Positions 55,121-64,000 of a DNA stretch of 64,000 nt are shown here, one piece after another; positions within the stretch are counted from its first letter, which is position 1, and each line of letters begins with the position of its first letter. The translations under genes were made by a program, and so were the position numbers. The stretch comes from the human T2T-CHM13v2.0 reference genome, Homo sapiens, in NCBI RefSeq assembly GCF_009914755.1, contig NC_060926.1; one strand, given 5' to 3'. Under the pieces are notes generated by a model. It made no database searches. It worked only from the letters and a program-made list of their open reading frames with translations, and was not told the DNA's origin.

Positions 55121-56411
55121 CACTGTGTGTTTTCTGAGGGTGGATTAAGACTACCTTGGGCCCATGGCCTGTTCTCAGTAGCTGAGACCTGAGAAATTTG
55201 GAGAATCACTTTGTGCTATGGAAGGACCATAAAACAGGCACTCAGGTGCTGCTGGACAGTGGGGCGTTATACCTTCAAAATGTGAGTTTCTAGTAAGTCC
55301 ACTTCCAGGAATTCATCCCCAGGGAATATCTATGGTGTGCACAGAGCAATTCCATGCCAAAGATGGATAAAGAGAATGTCCCAATCTGCCTGTGTGACAA
55401 CATGAGGCCACTGAGGCAGCCCTCTTTCCTTCCCCTTCTCCCAGATCTGCCCAGGCCAGTGCCCCCACCCAGATGGCATGGACTCTGCCCTCTGCCTGGG
55501 GCCCTTTCACTCACCCAGGCCTTGGCATTTGCCTATGCAAAGCCCTGAGCAGAGCAGGGAGGTGGCTGGAGTGAGGGCAGCATGGACTGGGAAACTCGCT
55601 CAGGCTGAGGTTTACAGTGGGGTGGTGTCCAGAACTTCCTACTGACCCTGATTCCAAACGAGGTCCCCTTGGGTGAGGGAAGTTGCCGCCTGCCTTATGG
55701 TTCAAATGTGGAAGAAAGGTCAGCTGAGAGTGGAGGACAAAGAATAGACCCAGTAGAACCAATTCTGGATGAGGATTTGTTATTTTTGTTTTTTTGGTTT
55801 TTCCCTTTGTACCAAATGGGCTCCCTGTGAAGCCACCCCAGTGACTCTTCTTGGTTTCTTGGATGCCCTTTTGCCTGCAGGTCCCAGGAATTTTCTGGTC
55901 TTCCTCTCCATCCCTGGGTGTCTCCCCAGTGCCCCCAGCCTGGTGGCCCCCAAAGATGCAAGCACGTGGGCTTTATTTCTCCTTTGTGCCAACAGCCAGG
56001 ATGCCACCGAAATAATAAGCACAAGAAAGCTCCAGGGCCTTAGAAGTTCTCATGTCATCATTCATGATCGTGGTCTGTGTTTCCTCATTCCCTGACTTAA
56101 ACAGAGTCAGACACCAGGCCCCAGCCCTCCTTTTTATCTTTTTATCGCCACGCTTCTCAGAAAGTCAAAGTTCCTAAATTCACTCAGGTAACAGAGCCCC
56201 TGGAAGTCATGAGCTCCTTAAGGAAGGTCACAATTAGCACTGCTAATTCCATCGTAGGAAAGTAGGGTCCAGACCCAATCCTGGTGAGGTACAGGTTGCT
56301 TAGCCTTTAGGGCACAGGCTCTGGGGCAGGCAGAGCTCAGGTTGAATCCCACCTCCAACACTTGCTAAGTGCATGACCTCAGGAAAGCTATTCAACTTCT
56401 CAGAGCCTCAG

Positions 56412-56792
56412 TGTTATGACTGAATTGTGTTCCCTTAAGATTCATATGCTAAAATCCTAACCCCCCATGTGACTATTTAGAGATAGGGTCTTTAGGGAGG
56501 TCATTAAGAATAAATGAGGTCATGGGGGTGGGGCCCTAATCTGATAGTGTGGGTGTCTTCATAAGAAGAAGAGTTACCAGAACCGCCTCTCTCTGCACAG
56601 ACAAGAGGCCATGTGAGGACACAGAGAAAGCAGCCGTTTACAAGCCAAGAAGAGAGGCCGCATCACAAACCAACCTTTATGGCACCTTGATCTTAGACTT
56701 CTAGCTCCAGAACAGTGAGAAAATGACATTTCTGTTGCTTAAGCCACACAGTTCGTGGGTTTTGGTTATGGCAGCCTGAGCTGACTAATACA
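56412..56792 (+). mobile_element. MaLR solo LTR (MLT1A-like) inserted in a MIR
   Basis: TGTTATGACTGAATTGTGT...CTGACTAATACA; 5-bp TSD CTCAG at 56407-56411 and 56793-56797. Confidence 0.85.
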
Positions 56793-57482
56793 CTCAGTTT
56801 CCTCATTTGAAAAGCAGGGATAAAACTAGTACTTGCGGCATGACGTTATTGTGAGAATCCAATGAGGAAACACACGTAATGCCTTCCTGCTTCATTTTCC
56901 TACGGCATCTTCAACGCCTGGAACAGCCTCTGGCAGACAGTGGATGTTCAATAAATACCCACTGAATGGATAAATACATCCATCAAAAAATGAAGCTGCC
57001 ACACTAAATATGAGAACTTCTTTCTAAGCGCTTCCCTCGCCTTCATCTCCTTAATCGTTGGTCATCACTCACCAGCAAATGACAACAGTAGTAAAGGGTT
57101 TAAGAAAAGTGTCTGCAAGGCCAGCATGCTGTTTTTAATTGGATCTGCCAAATAATGTAATGTTGTCTATGAGTTGAGAAAGGTGACACTGATCAGAGAG
57201 CTGAAGGAAGCCTGAGAACCCTGGTCCAGCTTGGCTCTTCCTCTTATCGTGCAGAGGGGCTGGAGACCACAGCTGGGGGAGGCCCGCCTAGGGGAGGCTC
57301 AGAGACCTGGGGCTGGGCCCTGAGAGTGTCCTGGATGAAGTTGGTCCAGGGTTGGAGGCCACAGCAGATCTACCTTCCTGGTGTTTAGGAGATGCAAATG
57401 ATGGGAACAATGGAGCCCTTGTCCCCAGGCCATTTGTGGCAGATCCTGGGCTCCAGGGAGGCAAAGCTCCTCTGCCTCTGCC

Positions 57483-57485
57483 ATG
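57483..57485 (+). CDS. SH2D6: SH2D6 predicted start codon at the very end of an exon
   Basis: GCC ATG|gtaaga; splicing to GAC gives the Kozak context GCCATGG. Confidence 0.7.
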
Positions 57486-57603
57486 GTAAGATGTGGTCCC
57501 GGGACGGCCTCAGGCATGTAAACCTGCCCACCTGGGAGGCCCAGGACTCGGCCACGGGGGTGGTTGCACTGACCCCTGTACTCCCCACCCTGGCTTTTTC
57601 CAG

Positions 57604-57629
57604 GACAAGCTCAGTGGGAGCAGGCCCCG
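57604..57629 (+). CDS. SH2D6: SH2D6 coding micro-exon
   Basis: ttttccag|GAC...CG|gtgagt; 26 nt; DKLSGSRP(R). Confidence 0.78.
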
Positions 57630-57997
57630 GTGAGTACTGGGACTCCTCTCTCCCCTGCCCTCCCCTCTTGTCTCTCTCTACCCCTCCTCTCCTGGGCACA
57701 GCCATCCCAGGAGCTGTGCTGTCTCTGCCTGGCCCCTCTCTGCCCAGGGAGACCATTCACGCGCCTCCACTTCCTGTCAGCACTAGGGCTCCCTGACTCC
57801 CGGCTTCCCCAGGGCACCAGCTCATGCAGTTATGCACCCACGGGCACCAGCTCTGCCCCCAGCCTCCTTCTCTGCTGCCCTGGTACCAGGGTACCTGTCA
57901 GTCACACTGTCATGGATGTGAATGTCCCAGAACACAGCGTCTGTCTCATAGAAACTCCAGGGCCCCTTGGGCAGAGTTGACTAGAATGTGCTTGCAG

Positions 57998-58032
57998 GCT
58001 GGGGCCACCGCTCCCACCCCCCAGATGTGTGG
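57998..58032 (+). CDS. SH2D6: SH2D6 coding exon
   Basis: ttgcag|G...G|gtaagt; 35 nt; LGPPLPPPRCV. Confidence 0.8.
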
Positions 58033-58361
58033 GTAAGTGACACAGGGGGTCAGAGGGGCCCAACAGACTGGGATCCCTTGCAAGTCAGGTCCCCCCTGAG
58101 TGACTCTGCACACCTCCTGCCTCCCAGAGCCCAGCACTGCTGAGTCACAGGGGCCTAGCTCTCCCATCTGTCTTGGCCAGAGTCAAGGGTGCAGGGGACA
58201 GGGGATGGGCATAGGTGGAAGGGCCCCTTGTTTCCAGACTGCCTACCTCAGTGGCCCCGTGGCAGCATTGGGAATGCCTGTGATGAGTGGTTCCTTTGAG
58301 TTGAAGCACTGGAGGGCGGGTGGTTTATTATACTGGGGAAAGGTGGGCAGGGAGGAGGTGA

Positions 58362-58677
<316 letters not shown>

Positions 58678-59226
58678 TAGGAGGTGGGAGGCAGGGAGAC
58701 CAGGTGCTTGGGCAGGGCAGGAGGGTCCCCACAAGACAAGAGGACATAGGCCTCGCCTCTCCTCCCCTGCCCGCACTAAGGCAGCAAAGGAGGCCTCAGC
58801 TGGCAGTCACCAGGGCCTCTTGGCTGGGCAGGGAGAGAGAGAGGGATGAAGGAACGGAGGGAGGGAGGGTGGGAGGGAGGAAGAAGAGTGGGAAGGGAAG
58901 AGGAGGGGTGGTGTAACCAAGGCAACAGCAGGGGCCTGGCATTCCCCTTCTGAGATCCCAACACTTCTTCAGGCCAAGGGCGGGGGTGCTGGGAGAGCCC
59001 CGGCTGCCGCTGGCATCCCACCCCCACTGCTCAGCTCCTCGGCCAGGTTGGGGCAGGGAAACTGCCCGCCTCCAGTTGCCATGGAGACTGGGCTGTCAGG
59101 AAGCCAATGAGCAAGGGGAGCGAGGAAAGGAGGAGGAAATGGAGGCTGGTCGGGGGGAGGCGGGAGGAAAATGGGAACCCACCTGGGAGGAACCCACCAA
59201 CTCACAACAAATGCGATCTTTTCCAG

Positions 59227-59285
59227 ATCACTCTGGCCCCCTGGGTCCATCAAAGCCATCGCCACCCCTGCCTCAGCCCACCATG
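59227..59285 (+). CDS. SH2D6: SH2D6 coding exon
   Basis: ttccag|AT...ATG|gtgag; 59 nt; (D)HSGPLGPSKPSPPLPQPTM. Confidence 0.82.
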
Positions 59286-59915
59286 GTGAGAGGCCTCTCC
59301 AGAAGTCCCTCCTTCCCCACCCGCCCCATCCCAGGCTGCCATTTCCCAGTGAGTGAATCTTAGAGGCATCTCATTTGCAAGATTCCCCCACATTTGCATT
59401 CAAGAGGCCCCTGAAAAATCAGATGCCAGATGCATGAGAAGCCAGAGCCCTGCCGCTGTCAGTCACTCCTCCAACTCGCCTGGCCTGGTCCTTCCAGCCT
59501 CCCCTTCAGCTTCACCCACGGTGCCCTTCTCATGTCTCTGAGGGGGAGGGGAGGGGCTCAGCTGCCCTTCCCTTGGATTCTGGGGCCTGAGGACCCCTCC
59601 CCACCTCCAGAGCAAAGAAATCCCTTCCTCAGCTGTCAGTCACTGCCAGCTCCCATTCCCACCTTTATCCCAGTGGGACTTTATGGATTTTGAAAGCTAC
59701 TACCTTTATCATACATTTCACTAAAATTTTTGTAAAAAGCAGGGAGCGATTCACAGCAAAGAAAGAGCCACAGGGTAGAAGCAAAGGGAAGAGTCATCCC
59801 TTTTGTACATTTTTTAAAGCTACACAGATACAAGTGGTCCCATCCCATCCTATCCCGCCCCATCCTTGCCTCCTGCTCTCACCATCTGCGCTCACCAGCC
59901 CCACTGTGCCCACAG

Positions 59916-59976
59916 CTGAAGGGAGCAGTGAGCCTGCCGGTGGCCGGAAAGCAGGGACCTATCTTTGGGAGGCGAG
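59916..59976 (+). CDS. SH2D6: SH2D6 coding exon
   Basis: cacag|CTG...GAG|gtaat; 61 nt; LKGAVSLPVAGKQGPIFGRR. Confidence 0.78.
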
Positions 59977-60265
59977 GTAATGGGGATGTCCTCTCTTTCT
60001 GTGGCTCCACCCTGGGACGGGGAGTACTCCCGCCACGGGGTAGAGCTGTGCTTGCCTGACATGGGTCTCATACTCTGCCCCTTCATGGCACTCCCCTGGC
60101 TGTGCCCCTTTTTAACCTACCAATCCTCTAAGGTAGGCAGGCAGGTGGCGTTGCCTCTAATGAAATGAATGAGGAGACTGAGGCCCAGAGATATGAAATA
60201 TTGTGCCTAAGATCACACAGAAGCAGAGTCTGCTCTTTTTTTTTTTTTTGGCTCGGCTGCTCTGA

Positions 60266-60852
60266 TTTTTTTTTTTTTTATTGAGTCGGAGTCTCGCTCT
60301 GTTACCCATGCTGGAGTGCAGTGGCACGATCTTGGCTCACTGCAACCTCTGCCTCCCGGGTTCAAGCGATTTCTGGCTAATTTTTGTATTTTTATTTATT
60401 TATTTTTTTTGTTTTGTTTTGTTTTGTTTTTTTTTTGAGACGGAGTCTTGCTGTCGCCCAGGCTGGAGTGCAGTGGCGCAATCTCGGCTCACTGCAGGCT
60501 CCGCCCCCTGGGGTTCACGCCATTCTCCTGCCTCAGCCTCCCGAGTAGCTGGGACTACAGGCGCCCGCTACCACGCCCGGCTAATTTTTTGTATTTTTAG
60601 TAGAGACGGGGTTTCACCGTGTTAGCCAGGATGGTCTCGATCTCCTGACCTCGTGATCCGCCTGCCTCGGCCTCCCAAAGTGCTGGGATTACAGGCGTGA
60701 GCCACCGCGCCCGGCCGAATTTTTGTATTTTTAGTAGAGACAAGATTTCACCATGTTGGCCAGGCTGGCCTCGAACTCCTCACCTCAAGTGATCTGCCCG
60801 CCTCAGCCTCCCAAAGTGCTGGGAATTACAGGCATGAGCCACTGTGCCCAGC
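60266..60852 (-). mobile_element. Older Alu with an AluY (~60395-60717) nested in its A-rich linker
   Basis: TSD AATTTTTGTATTTTTA on both sides; AluY diagnostics GTGTTAGCCAGGATGGTCTCGATCTCC and TTCACGCCATTCTCC. Confidence 0.9.
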
Positions 60853-61115
60853 TGCTATGATTTTTTGAACAGTCCAAAGTCATTTGGAGCCAGGCCTGCC
60901 AAGTCAGTTGGGAGGTCAGGAAAGGTGACACCATAGGGCTGTGCAGAGAACCATCAGGGGATGAGAAAAGCTTTCTCCTGGGGCTTCAAAGCTGGCTCTG
61001 AGATGTCCTCCTCGGAGGCACCCTAAGGAGACTCTGCTTTTTCAGCCTCAGTCCCGCTGAATTCCTTTCTGCTCCCTGCCGTGCATGACAGGTGGTTCTC
61101 TCCTTTTCCTTTCAG

Positions 61116-61138
61116 AGCAGGGTGCATCGTCCAGAGTG
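61116..61138 (+). CDS. SH2D6: SH2D6 coding micro-exon
   Basis: cctttcag|AG...GTG|gtgagc; 23 nt; (E)QGASSRV. Confidence 0.78.
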
Positions 61139-61587
61139 GTGAGCAGCCCCTCCATTTCCACCTCAGTTTCCAGGCTTCTGGTTAAGAAACTGGCAGGGGT
61201 GGGGTGGGGCCTAGGGAGGGCCAGGAAATATCCCTGAAACCAAGGGAAAAGGCCCAGAGCAGGGCCCCTGCCCCTCAGCCACAGGCCCCTGGCAGGCAAT
61301 GAGCCAGCTGTCCTGAGGGTGCCGCCCAGGGATCCTCCTCACACTCTCTGAGAGCTGGGGCCCATGGGCGCCTCTGAAGGGGAAGGTGCTCGTGGGATGC
61401 CCCCTCTGAGACAGAGGAGAAATTGTAATCATTCAAGCTAGCTCCCAGAAAGAGGGTCACCATGTGAGGAGGGAGTGAGGTGCCTGCCACCCCTTCAAAT
61501 CGATGGCTCCTCCCCCAAAACCCCAGTCCTAAATGGAGCCTCAGGACTGGTCAAACCCATGGTCTCACACACCCCTCCCTACCTTAG

Positions 61588-62129
<542 letters not shown>

Positions 62130-62356
62130 TAAGTGCCCCACCAGGTGTGCACCTGTGTGTATGTATGTGAGACACAGAGAGAGACAGCACCCCAGTTCAG
62201 GCTTCCCCAGCCCTGACCCTGGGATGGAATCTCCTTGCACTGTCCCATGGTTGTTGGCAGTGGTGGCAGGGGCAGCTTGGAATGCTGGGTTCACTGGCCC
62301 TTTCTCTTGAAAAACATAAAGACCCTGAGTTCTGTCCCCCGATTTGCTTCCCACAG

Positions 62357-62387
62357 GCCTACCACAGCCCCCCAGGAAACTCGGAAT
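62357..62387 (+). CDS. SH2D6: SH2D6 coding exon
   Basis: cacag|G...AAT|gtaaga; 31 nt; PTTAPQETRN. Confidence 0.82.
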
Positions 62388-62489
62388 GTAAGAGGCTGAT
62401 GGTCAGGGGAGAAGAGAGGGAGGCAGGGAGGGAGGCTCAGGGTGGGACCTGGGGCCCGGCCTCTTCTGATCAGACCTCCTGTATGCCAG

Positions 62490-62514
62490 GGAACAGCAGA
62501 TGCTGCCTCTAAAG
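62490..62514 (+). CDS. SH2D6: SH2D6 coding micro-exon
   Basis: gccag|GGA...AAAG|gtgagt; 25 nt; GTADAASK. Confidence 0.82.
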
Positions 62515-62523
62515 GTGAGTAAA

Positions 62524-62652
62524 GGCTGGTCCAAAGGTAGTGAGTTATCCCAACTGATTGTTCACAGTCAGTTACAGATCAAACTCCTTGTTCTACCCTT
62601 TCCCCACTTCTCACTACTGCACTTGACTAGACTTAAAAAAAAAAAAAAAAAA
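62524..62652 (+). pseudogene. Y1 RNA (RNY1) processed pseudogene with poly(A) tail
   Basis: GGCTGGTCCAAAGGTAGTGAGTTATCCCAACTGATTGTTCACAGTCAGTTACAGATC...CACTTGACTAGACTT + A18; about 7 differences from hY1 as I recall it; no upstream PSE/TATA promoter. Confidence 0.93.
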
Positions 62653-63081
62653 CTAGGTGAATGCAGGCATCTTCAGCATGAATGCAGGTGGTCCTGCCAG
62701 GGCCTGCCCCAGCCCCAGCCCTGCAGGCCAGACTCCCTCAGGCCCCAAGTTACTGAGGATGTCCCTGAAGCTCTGACTCCAGCTGAGATCAGGCCTGAGG
62801 GGACCCTCTTGGGCATTTTCCGGTGCCTGCACCAAATCAGGAAGCTCCTAGTCTGTGCCCCAAGATCACGCCTCATTTGGAGGTCACACGAGGCCTGGCT
62901 GGTGGGTCCTGCCAGGGCACTGGATCTGGAGAGTGGAGGAAGCACTGGGTGCCGGGGTTTGGGCTCGGGGCCATGTACGCCTCCTCCTACCCCCCACCCC
63001 CGCAGCTGTCCCCTAGAAGCCACCTTTGCCCACCCCCACCCCACCCCACCCCACCCCAGCTCAATAATCTGCTTCTTCTAG

Positions 63082-63140
63082 AAGGAAGGAAATCGTCTCT
63101 TCCCTCTGTAGCCCCCACTGGGAGTGCCTCAGCTGCTGAG
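63082..63140 (+). CDS. SH2D6: SH2D6 coding exon
   Basis: ttctag|AA...GAG|gtgagg; 59 nt; (E)GRKSSLPSVAPTGSASAAE; NAGNAG acceptor (TAG AAG). Confidence 0.87.
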
Positions 63141-63348
63141 GTGAGGAGGGGCTGGGAGCAGGCTGTAGGGAGAGGTTCCGGGAGCAGAGCCTGAGAGTCC
63201 TTACCCAGGAACCCTCTTGGGCTGAAGGGTGCACCACTGCAAGAACACATTGAACACACGTGTGCGGCACCCCGCCGTGCCCCAGACAGGGACACCACTT
63301 TGTTCTGCCTGAGGGGGACTCAGTTGAGCATAGGAGATGGGAACATAA

Positions 63349-63898
<550 letters not shown>

Positions 63899-64000
63899 TA
63901 GCCAAGAGCATTTGCCTAGGGAAAAATCTTCATTTTGTATCTTTCTGGGGTGGGCAGAAATGACAGAGCCCAGAGCCCTGAACTCCTTCCAGACACCTGG

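Noticed and set aside
62524-62634. Functional RNY1 gene
   Set aside because: Has a poly(A) tail, lacks an upstream Pol III type 3 promoter and oligo-T terminator, and carries CpG-type substitutions; it is a retrocopy.

Overview
Primate, almost certainly human, genomic DNA; the gene order matches what I recall for chr2p11.2. It is repeat-rich (roughly 55 Alu copies plus ERV/LTR, L1, L2, MIR and DNA-transposon remnants). Three protein-coding genes could be rebuilt exon by exon from GT-AG sites with consistent reading phase. (1) The last four coding exons and 3' UTR of ELMOD3 (+, 5355-~19760). (2) The complete CAPG CDS (-, 9 coding exons, 1047 nt = 348 aa plus stop, 30153-22905), with candidate non-coding first exons at ~38.3, ~42.0 and ~46.4 kb. 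(3) Most of SH2D6 (+, 15 coding exons giving 297 contiguous codons from ATG 57483, running off the window inside the SH2 domain). ELMOD3 and CAPG are convergent; CAPG and SH2D6 are divergent around a CpG island at ~46.2-47 kb. Nearly all ORFs in the supplied track are Alu-derived or chance GC-rich frames. I found no prokaryotic-type system and cannot support a claim of a wholly new biological system. The most unusual signals are an inverted templated copy inserted into an Alu, a duplicated ZNF143/GC-box promoter module flanking a Z-DNA tract, a Y1 RNA retrocopy sitting on an SH2D6 splice donor, a 44-bp TSD-flanked retro-insertion, and candidate RFX and octamer control elements in SH2D6. Repeat subfamily names and gene identities come from recalled sequences, not from a search; repeat boundaries are approximate unless a TSD is quoted.
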